This document shows positions 1 through 10,323 of a DNA stretch of 51,902 nt, piece after piece. Positions within the stretch are counted from its first letter, which is position 1, and each line of letters starts with the position of its first letter. Origin of the DNA: Methanobacteriota archaeon (GTDB lineage Archaea; Thermoplasmatota; Poseidoniia; Poseidoniales; Poseidoniaceae); NCBI GenBank assembly GCA_018623995.1, contig JAAZUV010000001.1, forward strand, positions 1 to 51,902, written 5' to 3'. The notes beneath the pieces were generated by a model. The model was not told the origin of the DNA and did no database searches. It saw only the letters and a list, made by a program, of their open reading frames with translations. Position numbers and translations under genes: made by a program.

Positions 1-40
1 ACCGCATCGACGCGTTTCTGCGTAGACACCGCAATGCCTG

Positions 41-3000
41 ATGAACGACGGCGAAGTATTCATCATGAATAATCTCGGGGTGAGGTCCATGCGGAAGGTA
101 TTCTTAGGCAGTGTCCTTGTTATCCTGGGACTCCTTCCGCAAGCTTCAGCCTCGGAGGTTGCACAGCCAACAGAATTTGATATTACCTATCTGTACCCTC
201 TGTTGTCCGCTTTGTTTGTTGCCGGATTGTTGTGGAAATTTTTCGTTCCACGACAACTTTCAGCGCTGCAAGTCGCATTTGAAATTGATGACAATCTCTA
301 CGAAGTACATCGATTGACACGAACCATTGACGATGCTCGGGAGATTCTACAACAAGGCCGTGTAGCCTTTGGTGTTGGACTCTACATGATGGGGATGCTC
401 GGTGTCCTCCTTTTGATTTCCGAGCTTATTTTCCAACCTGAGGTTTATTTCGAGCCGAACTTGTGGATTATTGGTTTGTTTGTCCTTCTTCCAATTCTTA
501 TCTCTCCTTGGGAAACCATGAACGCTCAACTGGCCGGTAAAGGGGATACGAGAATCGGTGCAACCTCGATTGGCGTTGGTGTTCGGCGTATTCTAACGCT
601 TTCCATACTTCTGTTTACTACCCTGATTGCGCTCTTTTATGGTATGAACCAAAACGATGGAAGAATCACTCCTGTCTGGTTAGCAATTACCATGTTGGTC
701 TTCATGGCACCAACGATCCTTGCGTACGGTCGCATCATGGGCGCCTCCTGGAACATGCTCCTCGTGAACAAGTGGAGAACAGCGAACGGTCGAAAGAATC
801 CAATCGATCCTGACAAGCCTTCATTTGTCAACCGATTGTTTTCCTTGCTCCTTGTCTTGTTTTTGATTACCATGCCAATTACGGCATTGAATGGAATTGT
901 GACCGTGTTTCATGTCCTCTACAACAGTCCAGACAACAGTGAAGATATCTTGAATTTTGGTGGAATCATTGGTCACTCCATCTATGTACGGATTGATCTT
1001 ATTTCCGAGTTTTTGTTCCATTGGGAATTCATTAAATCCATGCCTCAATTCCTGTCGTTCTATCTTTCGTTGAACATTGCGATTGTTGGTCTAGCGTTTA
1101 TTTTTGAACTTACAAGAAACTTGATTCTTGGTGGGCAGACATTCGGCGGAATGTTTGGTGTTACGCTTGATACACCGCGTGAAATTCGTACCGAAGAGGC
1201 TGCACAGGGGCGTCAAATTTCATTTGCATTTGCTGGATTTTCTGGTTATACTGTGCTCCTCCTCCTCCTCGTTTGTTACAAGGAATTCGGGGATCTCATG
1301 CCGTTTACTTCCGACTTGGAAAATCGAGGATTTAATGAAGAAATGCGATTGCTTGCTACATGGATGTTTATTGCAGTAGGAAACGCTGTTTTCCTCTTCA
1401 CTTGGTTGCTCTCAATTGCACGATTGTCGCCTCTTCGCCAGATTCGTTTTGATTTGGATCCAGAAGAGCGACGTGAAGGCGCGGTTATGTTGGCTGGTGG
1501 CGATTGGATGCGTGAATACATCGATAACGCTGCTCTGCAGGAGGATCTGGACGCCCTCATTCGTTTCCAAAAACAATCAATCGAAGGCGACCAATCCTTG
1601 GTTCGTCATGAAAAAGCACGAGCAAAGATGTGGTCTTGTGCCATTCGAGGATTGTGGCCAAAAGCCATCGAAGAAGCAAAGAAAGTTCTCGCTCAATCAG
1701 GTGGTGACGATGACGAGGCAAGGATGCTCATCGCTACGGGCTACATCGCGACTCGTCGATTGGATGCAGCTCGAGGTGCATTACGTGGCCTGCAACAACC
1801 TGAAGGATACGATGAGCCTGAACTTCTCGCATTCATCTGTGAATGGATTGATCCATGGCACGGTAGCGTTGATGAGGATGACTTGTGGGATTGGGAGAAC
1901 AACTCGACCATCGATCACCTGAATGAAAAGATGCGAATGCTTCGATATTGGTCCCCAACGTTTTCGAAGGAAGCCACTCAGCACAAGGACCGAATCTCTC
2001 TAGTCTCATCGATATCCAATGTTGCCACCCTACGCATGCAAAGGAAACACGAAGAAGCCTTGGAATTGGCTCTGGAATCTGTCAAGCAGGATCCGCTTGG
2101 TGTTCGACCTCGAATAGCTGCAGCATTGTGTCTGCTGGACCGAGGCGATTGGCATCAAGCCCTCTCAATTTACAAAGAACTGCGTGAAAGTGATGTTAAC
2201 GACCCTCGTGTCAAGGCACTCTCAGTCATACTCGGTCACGAAGCAGATGCGGAAGACATTGAGGTTTCATTGGTTCTTGAAAAAGGAAAGTCTTTGCGAC
2301 GATGGCTCGATGATGCTCCAGTCAACCCAGTAGCAGGTTTAGCAACGAAAGGTGGAATTGATGAAGCCATCAATGCCAATGTTATGATCGTCAACCACGA
2401 AGCCGTTCGTAGAGGGATGACACCACGTTATTCATCATCGCTTATTCATCGAATTGTCCAATTCTTCCTGCTCCCTATGATTTTCATTGTTGCAGGCATT
2501 GGCTTGGATTCTGTTTATGGAGCTGCCGAAGGTGCCGTTGCAACTGTAACGTTGTTCATCCTTCAATTTGGAATGCACCGTTTCAATCGACAGCAACGTA
2601 AACAAATCAAGCACCGGGATCAACGGTCCTTGGTTCAATATGCAAAAATGATGAAACGTTCGAAGGTTAAACCAAGTCGAGACAACATTCCGGTAGGTAC
2701 CCATCTTTTGCTGTCCGGTATCCTTGTTACAGTCAATGGTGTCGTTTTGGACATTGGTCTTCCTGGTTGGTTGACGGAACGATTGCCTAAGGATTCCGAT
2801 AAGACGATTCGATCACGATTGAAGCGCAATGCGCTTTCAATCTCAAAAAACAGACCAGGTAAACTTTCCATTCTTTCATCAGGCTGGTGGCTGAAGAGGC
2901 CAAAAGAAGAAGATTCGGACACGCCTGCTCTTGAACGATTGATCGGTCCCGTTGCCTATCGAGGCCGGCAAGCAATGGTCCAGAAAAAGACCACAGCACT

Positions 3001-3136
3001 CAACCGCTCTACGAGCCTTGGTCCGAGTCGAACGCCTGTTTCAGACCTGAATCTCTCCGACCGTAATGTTCCGACACATACCATCGCAAGCGAACGCTCC
3101 ACATACTCTGGTCCAAGAAGGCCAAGTCAGCGTTGA
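41..3136 (+). CDS. Large polytopic membrane protein with central TPR-like helical region (hypothetical)
   Basis: 1031-aa ORF with many hydrophobic segments in the N-terminal half, TPR-like helices (ARMLIATGYIATRRLDAARGAL; AAALCLLDRGDWHQALSIYKEL), two more TMs and a basic tail. Start uncertain (41/65/89). Confidence 0.7.
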   Translation: MNDGEVFIMNNLGVRSMRKVFLGSVLVILGLLPQASASEVAQPTEFDITYLYPLLSALFVAGLLWKFFVPRQLSALQVAFEIDDNLYEVHRLTRTIDDAREILQQGRVAFGVGLYMMGMLGVLLLISELIFQPEVYFEPNLWIIGLFVLLPILISPWETMNAQLAGKGDTRIGATSIGVGVRRILTLSILLFTTLIALFYGMNQNDGRITPVWLAITMLVFMAPTILAYGRIMGASWNMLLVNKWRTANGRKNPIDPDKPSFVNRLFSLLLVLFLITMPITALNGIVTVFHVLYNSPDNSEDILNFGGIIGHSIYVRIDLISEFLFHWEFIKSMPQFLSFYLSLNIAIVGLAFIFELTRNLILGGQTFGGMFGVTLDTPREIRTEEAAQGRQISFAFAGFSGYTVLLLLLVCYKEFGDLMPFTSDLENRGFNEEMRLLATWMFIAVGNAVFLFTWLLSIARLSPLRQIRFDLDPEERREGAVMLAGGDWMREYIDNAALQEDLDALIRFQKQSIEGDQSLVRHEKARAKMWSCAIRGLWPKAIEEAKKVLAQSGGDDDEARMLIATGYIATRRLDAARGALRGLQQPEGYDEPELLAFICEWIDPWHGSVDEDDLWDWENNSTIDHLNEKMRMLRYWSPTFSKEATQHKDRISLVSSISNVATLRMQRKHEEALELALESVKQDPLGVRPRIAAALCLLDRGDWHQALSIYKELRESDVNDPRVKALSVILGHEADAEDIEVSLVLEKGKSLRRWLDDAPVNPVAGLATKGGIDEAINANVMIVNHEAVRRGMTPRYSSSLIHRIVQFFLLPMIFIVAGIGLDSVYGAAEGAVATVTLFILQFGMHRFNRQQRKQIKHRDQRSLVQYAKMMKRSKVKPSRDNIPVGTHLLLSGILVTVNGVVLDIGLPGWLTERLPKDSDKTIRSRLKRNALSISKNRPGKLSILSSGWWLKRPKEEDSDTPALERLIGPVAYRGRQAMVQKKTTALNRSTSLGPSRTPVSDLNLSDRNVPTHTIASERSTYSGPRRPSQR

Positions 3137-3189
3137 ACTCTTGTTGGTCGCTTCACAGGATTCATGAACCTCGTTGCCCAGCGTCCTGC

Positions 3190-4482
3190 ATGGGAAATCT
3201 CTCTCCTCGTGATTCGGTGAACGCAGTCCTCGATGCATCTGCGAAAAGTGCACGATTGTACGGCCACGGCCTCGGTATGATTGCCTCTGAAAACATCATT
3301 TCACCCAATGTTAAACGGGCAATTAATTCCGATCTTCACGGGAGATATGCAGAAGGTTTGCCCGGTAAGAGGTATTATCAAGGCTGTGATGATTTCGACA
3401 CAATCGAGGATATTGGAATCAATCTAGCAAAAAAGGTCTTTCAAGCAAACTTTGCTAACATTCAATCAACCTCTGGCACCGTTTCAAACATTGGTGCCCT
3501 GAAAGCTCTTGCAAAACCTGGTGATGCAATCACCGCCGTCTCAACCGCCGATGGGGGACACATTTCCCATGCTCGAATGGGTGCTGTAGGATTGCGTGAT
3601 CTCAATGTTTCCACGTATCCATGGGACGAGGATAGGATGGAACCCGATGTCGATGCTTCTTGTGCTCTCATTCGAGAGGTACAGCCCCGAATTACTCTGG
3701 TAGGACAATCGGTGTTCCTGTTCCCTACACCGTTGAAAGAACTCGCTGATGCAGCGCATGAGGTCGGATCAACAGTGATGTACGATGGTGCGCATGTTCT
3801 CGGACTTATTGCTGGTGGAGTCTTCCAAGATCCGTTGCGTGAAGGTGCTGATATCATGACGGGTTCGTCACACAAAACCTTCCCTGGCCCTCAAGGAGGA
3901 TTTCTGCTATCATCAAGCGAAGACGCGTCGTTCCATCGACGCCTCAACAATGCCATGTTCCCTGGTGTTTGCTCTTCTTACCATTTGCATCACGTTGCAG
4001 GAAAAGTCGTTGCACTTGCTGAATTTGAGGCGTTTGGTCAAGCCTATGCCAGTGATATTGTCCGTAATGCAAAAGCCTTCGCTGAGTCACTCGCTGCAGA
4101 AGGGTTTGATGTTCTCGCCGAGTCAAGAGGCTATACGGCATCGCATCAGGTTCTCACACGCCACGGCGAAACTGATTCAGGTGCAGGTGCGATCGCTGCA
4201 CGTAAACTCGAGGATGCTGGCATAATTACAAACATGAACATGCTCCCTGGAGATACAAAGGCAATGTCCCCATCTGGACTACGCCTCGGCGTTCAAGAAT
4301 TGACACGTGTCGGCATGGGCGTCAATGAAATGGCGGAAGTTGCATCACTCTATGCACGAGTCTTGCTGAAGCAGGAAGCACCTGAGCAGGTCCGTCATGA
4401 TGTTCAGCACTTGAAATCCGATTTCCAACATGTCCAATACTGCTTTGATTCCGAATCGATCCCTGCTTACGAAGGGATGTGA
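3190..4482 (+). CDS. glyA: Serine hydroxymethyltransferase
   Basis: MIASEN, RYAEGLPGKRYYQGC, GGHISH, YDGAH, PLP-lysine motif SSHKTFPGPQGG, SGLRLG. ATG at 3190 preferred to TTG 3133. Confidence 0.95.
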   Translation: MGNLSPRDSVNAVLDASAKSARLYGHGLGMIASENIISPNVKRAINSDLHGRYAEGLPGKRYYQGCDDFDTIEDIGINLAKKVFQANFANIQSTSGTVSNIGALKALAKPGDAITAVSTADGGHISHARMGAVGLRDLNVSTYPWDEDRMEPDVDASCALIREVQPRITLVGQSVFLFPTPLKELADAAHEVGSTVMYDGAHVLGLIAGGVFQDPLREGADIMTGSSHKTFPGPQGGFLLSSSEDASFHRRLNNAMFPGVCSSYHLHHVAGKVVALAEFEAFGQAYASDIVRNAKAFAESLAAEGFDVLAESRGYTASHQVLTRHGETDSGAGAIAARKLEDAGIITNMNMLPGDTKAMSPSGLRLGVQELTRVGMGVNEMAEVASLYARVLLKQEAPEQVRHDVQHLKSDFQHVQYCFDSESIPAYEGM

Positions 4483-5498
4483 GGTTCATCGAACCAACCG
4501 TTTCGTTGGGCATCGTTCCAAAACGTGGCCAACTTATCCATCCATTGTTCGGTGAAGTCCTTCTTTGGAGACAACACGAATTCCATTCGTGGTGGAATCA
4601 GTTTGAAGCCATCATCGATCATCCGTTAAGCCGCACATTCATCAACGGCGTTGTTGATTCTTTGGAGTTCAAGAACACGATGCCTAGAATTGGTGGATTG
4701 TTTCGGAAAAAGAAGTTCAAGAAAGAATCCAATCACATTGGGGGCCAACTCGGTTGGGGTGCCTTTCAACTTGAGAACCAAAACGTCGTCCAAAGTGCTC
4801 ATCCATTGCTTTCTGTTGCATTAGGACAGTACCTCCTAGAAGTGTATCATGAACAGCGATTCAAGGTGAGATGGGTTGAGCCAAGGCCACAAACCGTACA
4901 GCTTGAAATCGAAGCATCCCCTGAATTACCTCATCCAAAGCCTGTCGAATCTTTGCCTTGGTCCATCGACGGTGAGGTGAAAATTACAGACTCATCCTTG
5001 ATGCTTGACCAACACTCCATGAATGAATTGAAGTTTGAGGGTGAGCGTGTCGTCTTGATTCCAATCGAATCGATGGAACGGTTTCTTCTTGGGTGTCTTC
5101 CCTATGTCCCACAACAGGATGTGAAATGGTTCGATGTAAACTCCTGCGAATTTGATACGCTCGAAAACCTCCTAAGAGCAATTATTCAATCAATTTCTGA
5201 CATGTTTCTCAAAAGTGAACAACCCGTCTACATTATCGAAGAATCGAGTTGGATCGCATACATCGAGAATTACATCTGCGAGCGTGGATGGGGCGATGCA
5301 CACGTTACGAACTACGACACATCGGACTATACTTTAGAATTAACAATACCCATGCAAAGTCAACTTCCATTCACGATTGGATTGTTGTGTGGAATGTGGG
5401 AACGTGCTCATGGGCGAGCCTATCAATTATTGCTAAGAATGGAAAATGATACTTTTACCGCCAAAATCCAATCTTTGCTTGATTATGAAAATCAGTGA
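4479..5498 (+). CDS. Tandem V4R-like domain protein
   Basis: Two GWG motifs (LGWGAF, RGWGDA) and GLLCGMWERAHG resemble V4R-fold proteins. GTG start overlaps the glyA stop (GTGA). Confidence 0.55.
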   Translation: MRFIEPTVSLGIVPKRGQLIHPLFGEVLLWRQHEFHSWWNQFEAIIDHPLSRTFINGVVDSLEFKNTMPRIGGLFRKKKFKKESNHIGGQLGWGAFQLENQNVVQSAHPLLSVALGQYLLEVYHEQRFKVRWVEPRPQTVQLEIEASPELPHPKPVESLPWSIDGEVKITDSSLMLDQHSMNELKFEGERVVLIPIESMERFLLGCLPYVPQQDVKWFDVNSCEFDTLENLLRAIIQSISDMFLKSEQPVYIIEESSWIAYIENYICERGWGDAHVTNYDTSDYTLELTIPMQSQLPFTIGLLCGMWERAHGRAYQLLLRMENDTFTAKIQSLLDYENQ

Positions 5499-5513
5499 TT
5501 GTCTCCGTATTTG

Positions 5514-5527
5514 CTTTCATTTTTTTG
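5514..5527 (+). terminator. Possible archaeal oligo-T terminator
   Basis: T-tract (ctttcattttttt) about 20 nt after the stop at 5498. Confidence 0.3.
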
Positions 5528-5599
5528 AGCAAACAAGGTCAAGGTTCATAACCGAACCATGTCGTCGTGAGAGTAGTCAAGAAGCGGAGGCTACATCCT

Positions 5600-8500
5600 A
5601 TGTCACTTAATCACAACCAAATGGCGTACGCAGCAATCATCTCAACCCTCATTTTTGGATCCCTCTTTGTGGGTATCAGTGGGTTCTATCAAACATCATC
5701 GGGCGTTGGTGATTTTGACAGCGCTGCTGAAGAAGAGATTACACCTCAAATCGAAATTTCATCCGGTGATGCAATTGACACCGATGGAGATGGCTTGCCT
5801 GATGTTTTGGAAGAGTCTCAATACGGTACGCTGAAAGACGATCCTGACACCGACAATGACGGTATGAGTGATGGTTGGGAAGTCGCTCATGGCCTTAATC
5901 CACTTGACAGTGGTGAAGCTGAAGAAGCTGAGGAAGAGTCTGGTTCCACAAACCAAGCTGATGGTGCAGAAGTAAGCAACGAAAGCGATTCGTGGCCTGA
6001 CCCAACCCAAGGAAAGTACGGTGACCCTGACAACGATGGTCTCACCAACGAGCAAGAAGCTGAATTGGGAACTGATCCTCAGCGAGCAGACACAGACAAC
6101 GATGGTTTGAACGACCGTTGGGAATCGATTTACACCATGAACGTCTCATCACCAGACGGAACGGTAACATTGTTCAATCCTCTGTCCGGAAACTGGGATT
6201 GTTCACTTCTCAACGGCCCACTCGAGCAAACACTTGCAGACATCCTTGAAGGATTTGAGGGTGCGCCAAGTTGGGAAGAATTGGAAAGCCCACTCGGCCG
6301 TCACTCCTGTGACCAAGTACTTGATTTCGATGACGATGGGCTGTTGAACTTCCAAGAGGAAGCATACGGAACCAACCCTGCTGCAAAGGATTCAGACAAC
6401 GATATGCTCCCTGACATTCTCGAAGTCAACAACGCCAACATGATTCTTGATTTCCAACTTGGTTCGAACTGTGGTGAACCTGTCATTACACCTCCTTCAC
6501 AACGTCTTCCAACCGCTGCTCCATTTGCCGATGAAGTGAGTGCATCGTGGTTTTTGTCGGACATGGATGGAGATGGCTATCTCAACGGGCCAAGTGACTG
6601 GGATACCGATGGTGACGGAATGCCAGACGGATTCGAGTATTGTTTCTCATTCAAGGACAACCATCCATTCGGCGTCTCAAACCCACAGAAAGCCGTTTCA
6701 GAACTGCTCAGCCCGTCCAATGCATCGGACGGATACAACGACTGGGATGAAGACGGTCTCAACAATCTTGAGGAGTATCAAGTTGCCCTCAAATTCGATC
6801 TCGTAAACGGGCTCCCATCCTTCACATCACCTTGGACTGAAGATACAGACCAAGACGGGATGCCTGATGGTTGGGAAGCGAGCCAATACAACCGGACGAC
6901 ACTTGAGTATCCTCTTAACCCACGGAACGCAAGCAACGCAAACGATGACATCGATTTCGATGGATGGGATTCAGATGGTGATGGTGACGTTGTCTTTGAT
7001 GACCTCGAACTAACGACAACTGTTGTCGATGTTTATGTTGAGAAAGGTGATTATGTCACAGCAAACTCAACCGTTGCACGAGGCCAATACACACTCGGCG
7101 GTGGTAACAAGCAAACCGTCTATCTCGTGGCTCCTGTTGATGGATACGTATACCATATCAACGTAGCACCCGGTGATCAGGTAGAATCCCGATTGTTTGT
7201 TTGGATGAACGTTGTGGAAGAATCCGAACGATTCACCAACTTGATGGAATATGAGGCTCGATTTGATGAAAACGGCAATGCTGTTGGTCGCTCAACAGAC
7301 CCAACACATGGAGACACGGATCTCGACGGTCTCCTCGACGGAATCGAAGTCGGTGGCTGGGAGATTCTGGTTGTCAACCGAGGCGTGCAATTGACGTGGG
7401 TTGTTTCGGATCCAGGACTTGCTGATACTGATTCGGATGGCCTTTCGGACTTTGTTGAGTTCTCCTCGGCCTGCGATGGTCAAGGATCCAACGCTTCCAA
7501 CGTTGATACAGATGGTGACGGTGAAAGTGATCAGCAAGAAGCTGTACTCGGCTACATTTTCGAAGGTGAACAATACTTTACCTCGGCTTGTATGTTTGAC
7601 ACCGACAACGATGGACTTGAAGACGGAGAGGAGGTTATCGCTGGTGCAGATAACTTCGTGACGCATGCCAACAACTCGGATACGGATGACGACGGTCTAA
7701 TCGATGGCAATGAAATTCTGTTTGTTCCACGACCGTTCCAATACGAAACCAATCCACTGATCAACGACACGGATGCTGACGGAATGCTTGATGGATGGGA
7801 AATGCAAGTCAAGTCCACAGAAGAGAACACCAATTCCCACTCTCTATGGGTTGCAATCTCAAATTGGGATCGACCCGGATGCACCGAGAGTACATCCAAC
7901 AGTTGTCTAATGGAACCTGGGGGCTATGTTTGGATCAATTGGCTCGGTGGCTTTGAGTTGCAGAAGAAGTACGAGGTTCATGAAATGAATCTCTCAGGAT
8001 TTGACATGCCCGGCAACCCTCTCTGCGATGGATGCAAAGGGCGTTGGGCTCTTGACCCTTCTCTCAATTCGTTGAAGGATGATACATACGATATTGACAA
8101 CGATACGCTGCCGAATGGTGCTGAATCTCCTACAAACTGGAATACAAACCCAGTCGACGATGATACTGATGGTGACAAACTCCCGGATGGTTGGGAAGTG
8201 CAATACTCGTACGAAGCAATCAACAATAATCTCGTTGATAATGCGACCATCAATGCATACGGCGCTCGTGGTGTAATGGACCCTTCAATGGCAGACAGTG
8301 ACCTTGACGGAATCAATGATGGAGAGGAAGACCCAGATCAGGATGGTCTCAACCGTACAGGTCTGATTAGGAAATACTGCCCAGGTTACAATGATTCAAC
8401 CAATGCTGAGTGCAACATTGACCCTGATACACCTGATGGAATGAAGTTCTACAACAACCTCGAGAACTACACCAACTATGAGGAATTGCAAAACGGTACA

Positions 8501-8761
8501 AACCCAGTAAGCAACGACACAGATGGTGACGCTTGGGAAGACGGCCCAGAAGTGTATTACATGGATCACGATGATGATGGAATGGCTACCGGTTGGGAGT
8601 ATCACTTTGAATTTGACCCATTTGATGGGGCAGACCGGCTTGTGGATAGTGATGGCGACGGCCACACAAATTACTGTGAGTTCAAGTGGGATACTAACCC
8701 ACGAAACCCAGTCAGTTTCCCTGGTCAAGGTGAATTGTGCGATCCGTTTGAAGGTCAGTGA
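5600..8761 (+). CDS. Membrane-anchored acidic surface protein with TSP3-like DxDxDG Ca-binding repeats and an inserted lipoyl/biotinyl-like domain
   Basis: N-terminal TM and many D-T-D-x-D-G-L/M-x-D-G-x-E...T-N/D-P repeats. GGAGG at 5586-5590 supports ATG 5600. Confidence 0.8.
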   Translation: MSLNHNQMAYAAIISTLIFGSLFVGISGFYQTSSGVGDFDSAAEEEITPQIEISSGDAIDTDGDGLPDVLEESQYGTLKDDPDTDNDGMSDGWEVAHGLNPLDSGEAEEAEEESGSTNQADGAEVSNESDSWPDPTQGKYGDPDNDGLTNEQEAELGTDPQRADTDNDGLNDRWESIYTMNVSSPDGTVTLFNPLSGNWDCSLLNGPLEQTLADILEGFEGAPSWEELESPLGRHSCDQVLDFDDDGLLNFQEEAYGTNPAAKDSDNDMLPDILEVNNANMILDFQLGSNCGEPVITPPSQRLPTAAPFADEVSASWFLSDMDGDGYLNGPSDWDTDGDGMPDGFEYCFSFKDNHPFGVSNPQKAVSELLSPSNASDGYNDWDEDGLNNLEEYQVALKFDLVNGLPSFTSPWTEDTDQDGMPDGWEASQYNRTTLEYPLNPRNASNANDDIDFDGWDSDGDGDVVFDDLELTTTVVDVYVEKGDYVTANSTVARGQYTLGGGNKQTVYLVAPVDGYVYHINVAPGDQVESRLFVWMNVVEESERFTNLMEYEARFDENGNAVGRSTDPTHGDTDLDGLLDGIEVGGWEILVVNRGVQLTWVVSDPGLADTDSDGLSDFVEFSSACDGQGSNASNVDTDGDGESDQQEAVLGYIFEGEQYFTSACMFDTDNDGLEDGEEVIAGADNFVTHANNSDTDDDGLIDGNEILFVPRPFQYETNPLINDTDADGMLDGWEMQVKSTEENTNSHSLWVAISNWDRPGCTESTSNSCLMEPGGYVWINWLGGFELQKKYEVHEMNLSGFDMPGNPLCDGCKGRWALDPSLNSLKDDTYDIDNDTLPNGAESPTNWNTNPVDDDTDGDKLPDGWEVQYSYEAINNNLVDNATINAYGARGVMDPSMADSDLDGINDGEEDPDQDGLNRTGLIRKYCPGYNDSTNAECNIDPDTPDGMKFYNNLENYTNYEELQNGTNPVSNDTDGDAWEDGPEVYYMDHDDDGMATGWEYHFEFDPFDGADRLVDSDGDGHTNYCEFKWDTNPRNPVSFPGQGELCDPFEGQ

Positions 8762-8764
8762 AGT

Positions 8765-10294
8765 ATGTTGAGAAGGACCAAAACAGCTCATTTGCTCGTT
8801 TTGTGTTTGATGTTCAACGTCGTATCCTTCGCAGGGACTGCAACCAATACAGCAACGGAACCAGAGATTTCATTCGACCAAGTCGATGGAATGCATGCTG
8901 CTTCAAACCTGAATCTGTCTGGTGACTCAACTGTTCCTCTTACTTCAGTAGAGATTACTGTTTGGAATATTTCCCAACCTGACCAATGGGATCTCATTGC
9001 TTCAAGCCCTTACCTTGACCGAGTCGTTCCCTATACTGATTCAGTTACTGAACTGACAAGGTGGTCATGGGAACATGCTTTCAGTCTGGACTCAATAGAT
9101 TGCACTTGTTACATCGAAATATCGTTGCTTGAGCAGACAGATTTGATTTCATTTGGTTTGATTGCATACATTGGCGATGAGCACCATCGCCCAGTATTGA
9201 AGCATGCTTTGGACACCAGTAGCAGCCAAATGTATTCAACGAAGATATTCAATGACAATTCACTTGATTTGTCATTCAGTTTTTTGCTGCCTCCGTTCCA
9301 AATTGAGTCGTTCGATGAAAACGAACAGATTCTCTCAAACGTTCGGATTTGTCCTGCACCATTTGGCATCTGTTCGGAATCCTACAAAAGTCTCCACAGC
9401 ACAGATGTAACATTCGACAAGATACTTTCAATCGAGGTTGATGCCGATGCACAATCGATTCAAGATGGGTATTATCTCTTGCAGGTACAGATTCAAGATC
9501 TTTATCTCACATTATCGAACAACATCACACAGTTTGTTGTTGTTGATCAATCCAAACCTGTTGTGAACCTCTCGGCTATCGATGAGGTCATTGAATCTCA
9601 ACCAATCTTGGTTGATATCGATGTAGATGACGGATACGAAGGATCAGCGTATACCATCACGTGGAGCATCACAGAACCAGACGGTACGCCCCGTGCTGTT
9701 TTGGAATCAGAGATCCTTGAGGACAATCGTTTGCACTTCGAACCGACAAAGGCAGGAGTATACCGTGTCAATGCCTTGGTTCGTGATATTGGTGGTCATT
9801 TGGTGACAGTAAATCATAACGTGAGTGTCAGAAATGTCGGTCCGATGATCGAAATCCGATTCGATGGGTTCCTTGTAGAAAACGATTCAATCGTTACAAT
9901 TCCATCTTCTGGCAACTGGACATTTAGTGCGAATGAAACAATGGACACATCCAACGATCAAGATACCCTCGAATACACGTGGTTCGTCGATGGAAAAACA
10001 CTCTTCAGCGGTAAATCCTTCCTCGCATCTGAAGACCTTCAACAAACCAATTATCGGGAAATAAGGGTACAAGTTACGGATGATGATGGACAATCCTCTG
10101 AATTGTTCTTCCAAGTTGTCCAACAAGAGGATCTCGATTCTGAATCGAATTCTGGTTCGATTCTCGCATCGACAGTTTCACTTCTCTTCGTATTCTCTAT
10201 TGCTTTACTTGTTTACATACGTCAACGCAATCAATCCGAATCAAACACGGGCTTTGCAAAATGGACTGAACGGGCCAAAGAGCCAAAGAATTGA
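8765..10294 (+). CDS. Secreted Ig/PKD-like beta-domain protein with C-terminal membrane anchor
   Basis: Signal-like N-terminus, PKD-like motifs (LEYTWFVDG, VQVTDDDG), C-terminal TM followed by RQR. Confidence 0.65.
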   Translation: MLRRTKTAHLLVLCLMFNVVSFAGTATNTATEPEISFDQVDGMHAASNLNLSGDSTVPLTSVEITVWNISQPDQWDLIASSPYLDRVVPYTDSVTELTRWSWEHAFSLDSIDCTCYIEISLLEQTDLISFGLIAYIGDEHHRPVLKHALDTSSSQMYSTKIFNDNSLDLSFSFLLPPFQIESFDENEQILSNVRICPAPFGICSESYKSLHSTDVTFDKILSIEVDADAQSIQDGYYLLQVQIQDLYLTLSNNITQFVVVDQSKPVVNLSAIDEVIESQPILVDIDVDDGYEGSAYTITWSITEPDGTPRAVLESEILEDNRLHFEPTKAGVYRVNALVRDIGGHLVTVNHNVSVRNVGPMIEIRFDGFLVENDSIVTIPSSGNWTFSANETMDTSNDQDTLEYTWFVDGKTLFSGKSFLASEDLQQTNYREIRVQVTDDDGQSSELFFQVVQQEDLDSESNSGSILASTVSLLFVFSIALLVYIRQRNQSESNTGFAKWTERAKEPKN

Positions 10295-10323
10295 TTAAAG
10301 AACTGTGACGTTTGGATGATATT

